Shown: positions 12,223 through 25,828 of the stretch, piece after piece
How the letters are laid out: every line of letters starts with the position of its first letter
Position numbering within the stretch: position 1 is the first letter of the stretch
Source: Octopus bimaculoides
Taxonomy: Eukaryota
Direction: 5' to 3'
Length of the DNA: 55,857 nt
Assembly: GCF_001194135.2 (NCBI RefSeq)
Contig: NC_068984.1
Span: forward strand, 33,504,871 to 33,560,727
Program-made: the position numbers and the translations under genes
Notes under the pieces: model-generated
The model's input: only the letters and a program-made list of their open reading frames with translations
What the model was told of the DNA's origin: nothing
The model's database searches: none

Positions 12223-13465
12223 GTAAGTTCTGAATCCTTTCTTTCTTAAGTTGTTGAGATATGCTTCGAGGATAATTTAGAAGCCGTTTATAGTAGTTCA
12301 TCGATTGTGTGTTTTTCCATTACTAGGTCATTATCAAACCAATAATTTCCAGTTGTATTCAATTCCTAAAATGACACAAAAGCCGTTATATTCGATTTTG
12401 TAAGGTGTGCAAAAGTTTTTGTAGAATCACAGCAACAAAAGATTTTGACACCTCTTAAAATAAATGAAACGTGAATTTAACAAATTTGGTTTGCTCCTAT
12501 ATGACTACAATGGTGCACCTGCGATGTAAATTGTTTGGTTTCAACACCCGATAAAACATTTTGGTTTCTTGTCAAATAGGTATAACTCTGGAAATCTATA
12601 ACAAGATAAACCTTTTTGAATGGTTTAAGCGTACCTCAAGAAGATGAGATGTTGAAATTAAGCTGCAGCCTTAAGCAGTAGTCTTTGTAATTCATAAATA
12701 TAGTCTGTAATTAACTTTCATGTGGCTAAAGAAATACATAACTAGAGACACATTAGTTTATATTACACACTCTCTCACGTAATTGTATATAGAGACTTTA
12801 TGATGTTGAAACAACTTTCCAAGGCATCTTTACTATATAATCTATCAATTAAAATTCAGCAGCTTGAAGACGTTCTAGAGTTGGTATACACTCGAGTAAA
12901 ATTCGGATTCTGGCTTATAAACTAATAAAGCAATCAAAATTTTAACTCATTTTCTATACACTAATGATTTGTACCCATAAGGTACTTATCTATAGGAATT
13001 TAACGTGGTAATTTCAGTGCGATGCCATATGAAGGAAGTCTTAGTACTTCTCAATTACTCTATTATGTTAGACGATATGCAATTGATTTTTATAGCATCG
13101 TCTTCAGATTATTGTACACCAATTAGTTGAGCAACCATTGATGAGCAACACTGCTTCTCCTAGAACGATAAATAGCAGATACATGCGCCTCGAATCGTAA
13201 AGAACAACCCTTAGAAATTAGAATGCCATTAGACAATTTAGTCCCTAATTTACAAGATGATAAGTAGGAACAATTTTGATAATATGACTGGAATGCTTTT
13301 TATTAAAGCATATATTGAAACAAGGCTGATCAGTCATTTAGCAAAAAACAATAGGCGCAGACAGTTCTTCATAAGCATTGAAACTCAATATGGTGCATTA
13401 AATACAAGAAGTAAACCAAAAGAGAAATACTTACCTTTCTTTTCGTTTTTACTTATTCTCTGTAG

Positions 13466-13478
13466 GACTAATTTTGGG
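13466..13478 (+). CDS. Candidate 13-nt microexon
   Basis: Acceptor ctttcttttcgtttttacttattctctgtag, exon GACTAATTTTGGG, donor gtgagc. It joins the 21-nt candidate in frame as HTVYIRL-TNFG. It overlaps a competing minus-strand candidate (13435-13538). Confidence 0.3.
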
Positions 13479-13800
13479 GTGAGCAGGAATCCAGCCACAT
13501 TGGTGGTTGACCATTTTAGTGTATGGCATATAGGCAGACTATGAGATTAAATGTGAATAACTTTGCTTTAATTATTTACATTCTTCACGAGTTCACTATT
13601 ATTATCGTGTTATAGAAATCTTTCATGCCATAATAAAGATTTCCTGCTACAATATGACCCAGTGTTACGAATATCCGCTTCTTTTAAAGTTAGACGTGTA
13701 TTTGGATTATTAGACCCAATATAAACATACATGCACACACACACACTCTCACTTGCGCTCGTGCGCGAAAACACATACATATGTGTAGCAGAAAGAAAGA

Positions 13801-13890
13801 AAATGGCAATCAACACATTGTTAGGAGTTACCTATATTATTTCACAAATGGCACTCAACACATTGTTAGGAGTTACCTATATTATTTCAT
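13801..13890. repeat. 45-bp tandem duplication
   Basis: aaatggca(a/c)tcaacacattgttaggagttacctatattatttca(c/t) occurs at 13801-13845 and 13846-13890. Confidence 0.95.
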
Positions 13891-13997
13891 CCTAATTTAA
13901 GCTTCATCCCAGTTTAAGTTTCGTAGGCTTGCAGAACGATCCTAATTCGTCAGGCAACTGAATGCAGTATGGAACTGAGTCAAACTGTTATTAAATA

Positions 13998-14031
<34 letters not shown>

Positions 14032-15129
14032 ACATGCGTTACTCAATAAGTTATGCTTCTGGATTTCAAACCTTAAGATTAGAACATTTTACTCGTTGAG
14101 AACTTGCCGGCAATATGTCTTTAATTTAACTCGTAGTAATAAGATTTAATTAACCCTGACTTCTCTTCATATACTGAAATCACTGCAATCATGTATATCA
14201 TATCTTGCATTCTTACTCAAATGAAACCAATACTTTGAATTTACGACGGATTCAATAGTTATCGATAATTATACTATTTTCAATTGATTTTAAAAGCAAA
14301 TTCCAATATAATGATAGGTTTCAGTTAAACATAAAGAAACAAAACAAGGCTAAATTTATTTATATTTATTTTTAATTTTGAATGTATTTGGATAAATTAT
14401 AATTTACAACATCGCTATTTTCTACTAGAGTATTTAATCACGGGCTATTTGGTAGCTTTAATCAATTAATTAATACGCACTATATCAGTTCCAATGCATT
14501 TTCTATAATTCTATATCATCTACATATCTTCTAACACATTTTCTGAAGTATTAATATCCACACATACAAACAACACGCACACGCATAGGAGTATATACTC
14601 ACAAGGGCAATATCCACGTACTTAGACAGCTATATACACACGCAAAATGACACATGCACCTACACATAATCGCTCACATATATACGTGCATATTGATATC
14701 TTTCGAACGTACGCATTTACAAGCGTGAAATTATTATTTTCTTTAAAATGTTTTTAAATACCTAGAATATACATACATGTATGTGTGTGTCTATATAAGT
14801 ATGTATGTGTACATACATACCAACTCACACGCACACACCCATATATATATATATATATAATATATATATATATATATANNNNNNNNNNNNNNNNNNNNNN
14901 NNNNNNNNNNNNNNNNNNNNNNNNNNNNNNNNNNNNNNNNNNNNNNNNNNNNNNNNNNNNNNNNNNNNNNNNNNNNNNNNNNNNNNNNNNNNNNNNNNNN
15001 NNNNNNNNNNNNNNNNNNATATATATATGTATAGATAGATAGATAGATAGATATACGAATCGTTTAGTTGTCCATAAATCAGAATATATGGCACTCTGTA
15101 AAAGAGAAACTGAGCGATGTAACATTAAT

Positions 15130-15340
15130 ACTGATTTCAAATTTTGGTACAAGGTCAGTAATTTCGGGCGAGATGCAAATTGATTACATCGATTTCAGTA
15201 TTCAACTGGTACATACTTTATCAAACCCCATTTGATGAAAGGCAAAGTCGACCTTGGCGAAATTTAAGCTCTAAACACAAAGACATACGAAATGCCGCTA
15301 AGTACATTCCCCGACGTGTTAAGGTTACTGCCTGATCGCT
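15130..15340 (-). mobile_element. tRNA-derived SINE family A, diverged copy
   Basis: Shares the core gaaaggatgaaaggcaaagtcgacc(t)cggc (plus-strand reading) with the copies at 17385-17515, 48498-48650 and 50530-51410. Confidence 0.75.
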
Positions 15341-16163
15341 ATCTTAAATGATAGATTAAAATTGTCGTGCAGTATATTCCTGTTTATGGCATATAGCCGG
15401 TGAGACTGTTACCTACAGATTCGCACCTGCAATTTTAATAGGCAAAAAAAAAAAAAAAGCCTACGTGGAATAAAGTACTCAATAGATAACATATACTTAT
15501 ACTGTTCTCAATGAATTCATGTCCTTCGCCCGATTGCCATAACTGGCGTGAAACAAAATAACAATAAACATAGAGGAAACATTATCCTGTGTTTCAGTCT
15601 TCGCATATCTACATTTTGATGCAATTTGCTCTCTGGTTATAAGGCTTTTCTTATACTCAGTGCTTCCAGATTAGATTTTCATTAGTCGTCTGGTGATATA
15701 AACGAGTATTTGATGTCGTATTTATTACAACAATAGCAAACACGTTGTCTAATTTTGCCAGACATGAAAATTGTGTTGCATAAATTTATTTATGTCTGAG
15801 GTTTTGAACTTTATGAATTCCAGTCGCATAAATATTACAACTATTACATATTTGTCAACTCAGTGAAATTAATAATATGTTAATTTAATAATAATTTGTT
15901 AATGTTAATAATAATATGTTAATTTAAAAGAAACATATACTGCGGAATTTGTAACGTGCAAACGCAAGCGGATCAATGAGGACTGTGTATGATTTATAAG
16001 TCCTGTTTTTGAGTAATATAAGTTGTGTATACCGCTAAAGAAGTTAACCGAATATACTAAGGGATGGGATACGAACTGAACGTCACTACATATCCGCTAT
16101 TATTCAATACCATCATATTTTGAGTTTCTTGTGGTAAGACAATGTGTTTATACATTTGTCTGT

Positions 16164-16205
<42 letters not shown>

Positions 16206-16245
16206 AAAATTACTTACAAATGGACGCGAGCGTTCGATGATATAA

Positions 16246-16940
16246 TAATACAAAGGATATATAAGCATATGCATGTATACACACATATATGTACATACTT
16301 GTGGAGGCGCAATGGCCCAGTGGATAGGGCAGCGGGCTCGCGGTTTCGATTCCCAGACCGGGCGTTGTGAGTGTTTATTGAGTGAAAACACCTAAAACTC
16401 CATGAGGCTCCGGCAGGGGATGGTGGCGAACCCCTACTGAACTCTTTCACCACAACTTTCTCTCACTCTTACTTCCTGTTTCAGTTGTGCCTGTAATTCA
16501 AAGGGTCAGCCTTGTCACACTGTGTCACGCTGAATATCCCTGCTAACTACGTTAAGGGTACACCTGTCTGTGGAGTGTTCAGCCATTTGCACGTTAATTT
16601 CACGAGCATGCTGTTCCGTTGATCGGATCAACTGGAACCCTCGACGTCGTAAACGACGGAGTGCCAACAACATGTACATACTTACATCTACATGTGTATA
16701 TAGATGCATATTCGGGGACAGGGCGTTAGAAAAATGAACTGCAGACAACGGAACGAAGGGGCAGCGGATGAAGGAATAATTCCAGAAGTGACTTGTTTGT
16801 TTTCCTATGTGTCCGTTCCGTTGTCTGCAGTTAATTTTTCTAACGTCCTGTACCCGAATATGCATCTATATACACATATAGATGTAGGTATGCACATATA
16901 TGTGTGTATACATGCATATTCTTATATATCCTTTGTATTA
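16246..16940. mobile_element. Fold-back MITE-like element (about 130-bp arms) interrupted by a SINE
   Basis: Left arm 16246-16300 plus 16684-16753 is the reverse complement of 16812-16940 (e.g. agatgcatattcggg(g/t)acagg(g/a)cgttagaaaaat(g/t)aactgcagacaacggaacg). TA-rich flanks. Confidence 0.85.
16301..16671 (+). mobile_element. tRNA-derived SINE family B, near full length, 12-bp TSD
   Basis: A box tggcccagtgg (16313-16323), B box gtttcgattcc (16343-16353), AAC tail. TSD atgtacatactt at 16289-16300 and 16672-16683. Its 3' half is homologous to 44395-44563. Confidence 0.9.
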
Positions 16941-17244
16941 TATATATATATACTTTATTTCAAAGCAGCAGGAATATGACAAAAGCTGTTACCCAGAGTT
17001 TCACGTTCCTGTTCGTCGGGCAGTTTTGTTAGAATGGAACAGAAATCACAGTATAGTCAAAACTAGTTAAAGGATACCCCTTTCAAAATGGATTTGTTTC
17101 ATTGGTCCTTTCAATTAACGGTCAAATATCAAAGATTATAATGTGCGCGAAGAGACCCTGTGAGACCTCTGACAGAAGGCTTCTATCCGCTCGAGCAGAA
17201 TCTAGCACACAACAAAAAGACCGAACGTCCTGAGTAGTAAAACG

Positions 17245-17316
<72 letters not shown>

Positions 17317-17382
17317 GAGGTGGTGGTGGTGGTTGTTTTTGGTGGTGGTGGTGATAGCGATGACGATGATGATGATGATGAT
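17245..17382. repeat. (AAT)n-(GGT)n-(GAT)n compound microsatellite
   Basis: Directly visible. Confidence 0.97.
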
Positions 17383-17384
17383 CC

Positions 17385-17515
17385 TTTCTACTGGAAGCAC
17401 AAGGTCTCAAATTTGGAGAAAGGGATTGAGACGATTACATCGACCCCAGTGCGTAACTCGCACTTATTTAATCGACCCCGAAAGAATGAAAGGCAAAGAC
17501 GACCTCGGCGAAATT
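17385..17515 (-). mobile_element. SINE family A, partial
   Basis: Contains gattacatcgaccccagtg...atcgaccccgaaagaatgaaaggcaaagacgacctcggcg, the family A core. Confidence 0.8.
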
Positions 17516-17679
17516 CTTCGATTAAAATCCTTTCAGGCCGTAATCCAGCACAGCTGCAGTTATATATATGTATAAACTTACTTGGAAATGACTGCGTCGC
17601 GTTCAATTAAACAATAAATAATAAAAAATATACGTACGTTATATATATATATATATATACCTTATATGTATATAATATG

Positions 17680-17737
<58 letters not shown>

Positions 17738-18350
17738 NNNNNNNNNNNNNNNNNNNNNNNNNNNNNNNNNNNNNNNNNNNNNNNNNNNNNNNNNNNNNNN
17801 NNNNNNNNNNNNNNNNNNNNNNNNNNNNNNNNNNNNNNNNNNNNNNNNNNNNNNNNNNNNNNNNNNNNNNNNNNNNNNNNNNNNNNNNNNNNNNNNNNNN
17901 NNNNNNNNNNNNNNNNNNNNNNNNNNNNNNNNNNNNNNNNNNNNNNNNNNNNNNNNNNNNNNNNNNNNNNNNNNNNNNNNNNNNNNNNNNNNNNNNNNNN
18001 NNNNNNNNNNNNNNNNNNNNNNNNNNNNNNNNNNNNNNNNNNNNNNNNNNNNNNNNNNNNNNNNNNNNNNNNNNNNNNNNNNNNNNNNNNNNNNNNNNNN
18101 NNNNNNNNNNNNNNNNNNNNNNNNNNNNNNNNNNNNNNNNNNNNNNNNNNNNNNNNNNNNNNNNNNNNNNNNNNNNNNNNNNNNNNNNNNNNNNNNNNNN
18201 NNNNNNNNNNNNNNNNNNNNNNNNNNNNNNNNNNNNNNNNNNNNNNNNNNNNNNNNNNNNNNNNNNNNNNNNNNNNNNNNNNNNNNNNNNNNNNNNNNNN
18301 NNNNNNNNNNNNNNNNNNNNNNNNNNNNNNNNNNNNNNNNNNNNNNNNNN

Positions 18351-18384
<34 letters not shown>

Positions 18385-18417
18385 TATTATATATTATATG
18401 TATATCATTTATCATTT

Positions 18418-18660
18418 ATTATTTAATTGAACGCGACGCATCCATTTCCAAGGAAGTTTATATATATATTTGACTGCAGCTATACTGGAGTACTGCCTGA
18501 AAGGGTTTTAGTTGAAGACATCGACACCACGTCATATTCTTTGTAAGCCAATTAGTTATTCTCTCGGCTTCCTTTTGCCGAACCGCTACTTTACGGGGAT
18601 ATAACTCACCAGCAACGGTCGTCACGCGATGGCGAGACGCAGACACAGACGCACACTCAC
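18418..18660 (-). mobile_element. SINE family C, 3' half
   Basis: ttttgccgaaccgctactttacgggga... is homologous to 35800-36020 (+) and 49700-49900 (-). Its terminal about 95 bp also occurs inverted at 17520-17612. Confidence 0.75.
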
Positions 18661-19090
18661 CTAAGCACATACATATATGACATGTAGAAATATATGCAGA
18701 GTGAGAGAGAGAGAGAGCGAGAGACAGAGACAGACAGACAGAGAGAAGTAATTAAAAGTTTATTGCAATTATTATATGCAATAGAAGGCGGTGTATATCT
18801 GTCAGGTAGATTGTGTGTAATCGTATAAATGAACACTCTATCCGCATGTTACAGTGAAAATGGACTGCAAGAACGTTCTGTAGAATGATTATTCGAAGAA
18901 CACCGCATTCTACTGTTTGAATACCTTAGTTTGCTGTGAATCATAGTTAAAATTGCTCTGTGGACAGTATGTTACAATATAAATGGACAGATCTCTCTCT
19001 TGTCTCTCTGTCTCTCTCTCTCGTGCGCGTTGTATCTCTCTTTCTCGCTCTCAATCTCTCTGTCTATCTATCCATCTCTGTCTCTCTACT

Positions 19091-19127
<37 letters not shown>

Positions 19128-20092
19128 TACACACACACACATACACACACACACACACATACACACACACAATAGCACAAATGGCTCGGTAGAGCGCACA
19201 CGCTTTAGTAACACTCATCATTTTATATTTTGAATTATCCACTGGCACTAACAAATTCTAGTCAACCACACTATTTCTCATACCATTTGCAAGAAAATGT
19301 GTTAATGCCATCTGAAACTTTATTGGATTTGCCAATTATGTTCAAGTCTTGTAAAATGTTTTAGCACAGCATGAATTTCCATTTTATTAATAATAAATGT
19401 ATTGGGAAGTGCACAGGTAAAGAATGAAATTTAAACGAAAAATATGACCAAAATACTATAAGCCGTATTTATTGGAGTTTCTATCTCTTAATATGCACAC
19501 ATACGTGTACAAAGTCACTCTCATATTTTGAATACTTACTTGTTTTCCATTTCTTTTTATTTCAATATCTCACACATAAACTCTTGCTTTCTATCTTTCT
19601 CTTTCATTATTTCTCACACAGTTTCGCATGACATCTAGATTTTTTGCATTTTTTCAGTTGCTTTCTTTGTCCTATTCCCCTTCCTTCACTCTCTCTTTCA
19701 CTCTTTTTCTTTTTCCACGTCTCTCGACTCCCCCCATCTCTCTCATTCTCAATTGTACTATCGCTCTCTCCCCTTCGTTAATTTTTAAGTCTTACACATA
19801 ATCACACTAGTTATACTTTTAATTCCAAATCTTTCTTTCGTTCTCTCCTTTTTGCTCTTACTCTGTATGCATTTTCTTTCTCTGTCGTGATCTATCCGAA
19901 AAATATTTCACATCTTTGTCATAAACTCTATCGTACTCTTCGTCTTTTACACAATATCTTCTCATCCGCCTTCTTTATTCCTCATTTACTTTTACTATTT
20001 CTCTATCATTAACCACTGCACTTTTATATAATGGTTTTCTGTATCTTTAATATTTGTTTGGCAATCTGTCTTCACAATCAGACACACACACA

Positions 20093-20127
<35 letters not shown>

Positions 20128-22568
20128 ACACACACACACACACACACGCAGACACACACACCTCTCTCTGTGCCTTTCTTTCTCTGTCCGTCTTCAGTCT
20201 TTCTTCCTCTCTCTCTCTCTCTCTCGCACAAATATACGCACGTTTATATAAAATATGTATGCATGTACGTACAGATTGGTCATACCATTTGTTTTCTTAT
20301 AGCTTTGTCCAATTCGACAGAATAATTTTTTTCCCTCTCTTACATTCTCGCACTTCTCTGCTTTTCTATTTCAAGTTTCTATCATTTTCAATTTCACATT
20401 ATATTCATACTTTCGTTCATTTGGTTTATATTCTCATTTTACTCGTCATTCAGTTTGCTCTTTTTCTTCTGAATTCCTGTTCTGCAGGTTCAAATTCCCC
20501 ACATTTTAAACATCATTCCATCATTTTCAGCCATTTTCATTTACTCACTCTTCAATGTTAAAACCATTTGCCGTTCATCTCACTTTAAGTCCCTTTAACA
20601 CTTCTCTTACTGTGACTGTCACCTTATATAGTGTTATAATTTTGGGAAAAGAGGTGTCGTGCCCATCTATCAAGCTTGTTGGAAAACATGCAGAGGTGTC
20701 GACGTATAGAGAGAAACTTTAGTGACTGAATAGATTCATCTAACTGGAAAAATATAATCTAGATATCATAGCTGATCACGTGATATTTATAAACACCATT
20801 TCTACACATTGAATTTTGGCATCCAGCTTATGTGATCTCATACACTTTGCTTTTTGACCTCAGAATCGCTTATGTGACAACAGTTTGATGTTAACACTCT
20901 ACATCGTTGTAGTTTATAAAGATATTTTTCCATTAGGCTCAGTTCTCATAATCAAATATAGTCCTTTCACTCAATGGCTCCAATATATCACAAAATGTGT
21001 GTTTTTGGGGTTTTTTTTTTTTGCTATTCGTTCTTTGAAGAGACACATTGCTGATTTGATTAAAATAAGTTTCCAAATCTGAACGCTATGCATCTAATAT
21101 TGTCTGCATTTTGGTATTTTCGAAGAACATATATTTTAGATTACAATGAACAGAGAATCCAAATAATTTAATGTATTCAACGAGGAAATAAAACGATTTA
21201 GGTTCAACAGTGAGTCGAAAATGATACACCAGCCCGGAGGCTTAAACTCCTCAACTTCAGCATTCGTCAGACATCCTGCCAGTTTTAACTTTCATTGAAA
21301 CAAACAACTGGAGGGAAAATGTGATGTTATGTGATAATTTCTTTCACAAAGTTAATAACATGACTGAATTTATAGACCGGATTCCACAATAAACCAAGTA
21401 TTTTACGATACAAGTGAATGATAAATAACTGCTGCTTTGTCTGTCATATTACTTGCATGCAATATAAAGATTTAATTACAAAGGATTTACGTTTTCAAAG
21501 CCTACTCACACACAGTGGAGCGCGCGCGTGTATAAGTTTTACATCAGACGTTCGTACATAGAAGATTCAGCATTTTATTTGGTCTATGAAATTTTGTTTA
21601 TGAATATATCATAATCTTGTTAGCCTTTCACTTTGGTTAACTGATTATTGAAGACAATACATCGAGAAAATAAAGCCATTTATATCAACCATTCTGTGTT
21701 GATTCCAATATGTTTTGTAGAAACATTTATTTTTACCTTGGAAGGCTCACTTCCCACATAATTATATTTATGATCCATGTTGTAGAAACAAAATAAAGCA
21801 AACCGTCACAGGAGCAAATTCATTAGGGATTTTATTTTAATTTTCATGAATTAAAATGTAGTATGGCACTACATAGGACCATAGGGTTGAACATGAGGGA
21901 AAATCGCGTCTGATAATTGGCTTATATGGACATTATACCCTGCCTGGAACAATGATGCATTTTTTAGTGTTGCTACATCAAAAGGCCAAGTACTCTTTAG
22001 TTATAAGAAATACTAAGGCTGATTCTGCATAGTCATTCACGTTACAAGAAATAACAGATATAGACTCTGTCCAATCAAACACGAAAACTCCATGAAAGCA
22101 CATGTCCAGCATACCATTTGCTTAAAATAAAAAGAAGGAATGACCATGACTGCCTTACATATGATCATCGAAATAAGTCAACATATGCATTGTCTCAGTA
22201 TAATTACTGTGAAGTTGGCATGCCATATACATAGTAATGAATTCCATCTCATAAATTTTGCACTATTTAGTGTTATGTAGAATCTTTTGTATTGAAAAAT
22301 ACCTTCTATGATTTGAGTTCATTTTTTTAATACATTAATGCGTAGTAGAATGTAATGTTAAATTCACAAACCCACAAAAAAAAAAACACAGCCCAAAATT
22401 GTTTAAACGTTATACTAAACTATATTAGATGGTACAACATAATTGCATTATATATGACATTCGCGAAACAAATGCGTACGTAATTAATTGCATAAAGAAA
22501 TAACTCACCATGTATATACAAACGCGCATTCAATGTATATTAGCAACCGGTAATGTTGTAATATATAA

Positions 22569-22607
<39 letters not shown>

Positions 22608-22843
22608 NNNNNNNNNNNNNNNNNNNNNNNNNNNNNNNNNNNNNNNNNNNNNNNNNNNNNNNNNNNNNNNNNNNNNNNNNNNNNNNNNNNNNNNNNNNNN
22701 NNNNNNNNNNNNNNNNNNNNNNNNNNNNNNNNNNNNNNNNNNNNNNNNNNNNNNNNNNNNNNNNNNNNNNNNNNNNNNNNNNNNNNNNNNNNNNNNNNNN
22801 NNNNNNNNNNNNNNNNNNNNNNNNNNNNNNNNNNNNNNNNNNN

Positions 22844-22884
<41 letters not shown>

Positions 22885-23602
22885 TCACAATATATGTAGG
22901 TATGTATGTATATATAAATTATATATGTATGCACATGTGTAGGAATGGTTTCAGACAGAAAACGTGCATTTGTTACTGAAATACTAAACCAGAGTTAATT
23001 ATTTTGTGTATACCCTAAAGTTAGGTGAGAAAACCCATGAAAAAAACATCAGCCACTAATATTATATGGACTCTAATTGCAAGCTAAAAATATGTTTGTA
23101 TATGCGTGTGTACGAATGTTGGTGCGTGTTTTTGCATGGGTTTGAGCTTATGTTTGTATGAGTGACTGAGAGAATGTATGTATATGTGCGTGTTTGTATA
23201 ACATAACACTTGTCTCAATTTGTGGAACCACTTGATTGTTATCAGAAAAAAATGTGCATCAATCAAATCAATATAATAGATGATCATCTGAATGTGCAAT
23301 CAATAGTTTTTTTTATCTATTAAATGTCTTCTATAAGTGATAACAAGAAATGGATGTACAACATTTATGAGAATAAACAATAAAACTAATTTATTTACGG
23401 ATATTTCTATTTTGGTTTTGATTGTTTTATACGAGGTTCATGTAGTTTTGAACACCCAAATTTATCAAATCACGATGTCTCACTCTCTGATATATTGATA
23501 TTTTTTTGCTTTAACATTAAGTTTAAACGTAAACGTTTACCTTGTTGTTCTTGAATATATAGAAAATGAGAAAGTAGAAAATTGATTTAGCACTCATCTT
23601 AC

Positions 23603-23794
23603 CCATGAGTTGATGAAAGTTATCAATCATGCTGTCAACGAGTTCCATATAAACGCAAAACAAATTTATATACACGTCGTGTTTATAAATCAACTTCAGA
23701 CTAAACGCTTTTAAAATTGATATGGTTTTCCTCTTTTCTAATGTGTTCTTTAGTCCCAACAAGGTGCTGGATTTTACTTTTGCTTCAATATCAG
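23603..23794 (-). CDS. Candidate 192-nt phase 1-1 exon of an unidentified gene
   Basis: Acceptor tgtcatacgctttcag, donor G|gtaaga. Only one frame is open: DIEAKVKSSTLLGLKNTLEKRKTISILKAFSLKLIYKHDVYINLFCVYMELVDSMIDNFHQLM. Non-repetitive sequence; no family recognised. Confidence 0.45.
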
Positions 23795-24116
23795 CTGAAA
23801 GCGTATGACAAATACATTTATTATCCTAGATCATATCCACATTGGCTTTCATACTTCTCTTCCGATGATGAGAGGATAAGTGCCGATGTAGATGTAACAG
23901 ATTATACCCAAGAAACTAATCAAATTTTCATAATACAGGTGCAGAATATTTGAATAGGTTAAAGTGTTTGCATCGCATGCATTTGGTTTTGCGTTCACCC
24001 GTCTGTGTTGTACATTAGGTACGTGTATTTTACTTTATCCTGTGACACCAAATTCCTTGTGAGTGAAAATTGATAGACAGAAATACATACCTACATACGC
24101 ACACGCGCGCATGCAT

Positions 24117-24150
<34 letters not shown>

Positions 24151-24173
24151 ACCCTGAGGCACACACACATTCA

Positions 24174-24205
<32 letters not shown>

Positions 24206-24862
24206 NNNNNNNNNNNNNNNNNNNNNNNNNNNNNNNNNNNNNNNNNNNNNNNNNNNNNNNNNNNNNNNNNNNNNNNNNNNNNNNNNNNNNNNNNNNNNNN
24301 NNNNNNNNNNNNNNNNNNNNNNNNNNNNNNNNNNNNNNNNNNNNNNNNNNNNNNNNNNNNNNNNNNNNNNNNNNNNNNNNNNNNNNNNNNNNNNNNNNNN
24401 NNNNNNNNNNNNNNNNNNNNNNNNNNNNNNNNNNNNNNNNNNNNNNNNNNNNNNNNNNNNNNNNNNNNNNNNNNNNNNNNNNNNNNNNNNNNNNNNNNNN
24501 NNNNNNNNNNNNNNNNNNNNNNNNNNNNNNNNNNNNNNNNNNNNNNNNNNNNNNNNNNNNNNNNNNNNNNNNNNNNNNNNNNNNNNNNNNNNNNNNNNNN
24601 NNNNNNNNNNNNNNNNNNNNNNNNNNNNNNNNNNNNNNNNNNNNNNNNNNNNNNNNNNNNNNNNNNNNNNNNNNNNNNNNNNNNNNNNNNNNNNNNNNNN
24701 NNNNNNNNNNNNNNNNNNNNNNNNNNNNNNNNNNNNNNNNNNNNNNNNNNNNNNNNNNNNNNNNNNNNNNNNNNNNNNNNNNNNNNNNNNNNNNNNNNNN
24801 NNNNNNNNNNNNNNNNNNNNNNNNNNNNNNNNNNNNNNNNNNNNNNNNNNNNNNNNNNNNNN

Positions 24863-24903
<41 letters not shown>

Positions 24904-25065
24904 GAATAGAAACATACCGTCGATGTTGTTGAAATGTCAATGAAGGAGCAATCGATCATATGTTAGAAACCGTCTCTTTCTCTATTGGCAAGAAATCTTG
25001 AAATAAAACTAAGTAATGACATGCATGTATGCAGAAAGACATACAGAAACACACAGAAAAATGAT

Positions 25066-25509
25066 CATCAAAATTTTCCTAATAATTTTAAAATTGGTCA
25101 TTCAGGATAATTATTTAGTTACAATGACAGAAACGTGTTTCTGCTGCTCATATCACGTGCAGTTGCACATGCAACTCATCATAGTCTCCTGTGCAACTTC
25201 ATTCAGATGCGATCTGAGATAATTCAACATAGATTAAACTCCCCACTTTCTGCTCTGCACTAAAGCCAGGTAGAGACCACCCTACATATAAATTTTATAA
25301 TCCTAACAGATTTCAATATATCTCCCATCACTTCCCTGGCCACATGTAAATAAACTCAGTTGGCTTCGAACCACGCTTGCTGATTAAAGGTGATTACAGG
25401 TGCGCAGATCATGCTGGGTTGCATGTGCAACTTCAGAAAATGTGTCGGTTATTGTAATCAAATAATTATGCTGTATGACCAACTGTAAAATCGTAAGGAA
25501 AACTTTGAA
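25066..25509. mobile_element. Older fold-back MITE-like element (about 110-bp imperfect arms)
   Basis: caaaattttcctaataattttaaaattggtcattcaggataattattt...gttgcacatgcaactcatcat versus the reverse complement of the right arm, caaagttttccttacgattttacagttggtcatacagcataattattt...gttgcacatgcaacccagcat. Confidence 0.78.
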
Positions 25510-25753
25510 GATGTACCTGGTTTCGTATTCTTTATAATTCTTTGAAATCTAGTCTGCTGATATTATTCATAATCCAGGGAAGCGAACACGGAATGATGTA
25601 TCGGAAGAATTACAGTGCGATTGCTAATAATTGGATATCATTGACTATTAGTACTGCTTGATGTGGTTAGCCGTAAACTGGAATATTATCGGAAAGCCAC
25701 CACAGTATCCGCTAGGTTATTTTTATGAATATACATGCACCTAATACAACCGA

Positions 25754-25828
<75 letters not shown>

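Noticed and set aside
13435-13538. Minus-strand exon candidate LPICHTLKWSTTNVAGFLLTPKLVLQRISKNEKK with AG|gtaagt donor
   Set aside because: Weak acceptor, overlaps the plus-strand 13-nt candidate, and is not phase-compatible with the 23603-23794 exon.
17130-17245. Possible retroelement 3'UTR before (AAT)n
   Set aside because: No coding remnant or second copy in the window to support it.
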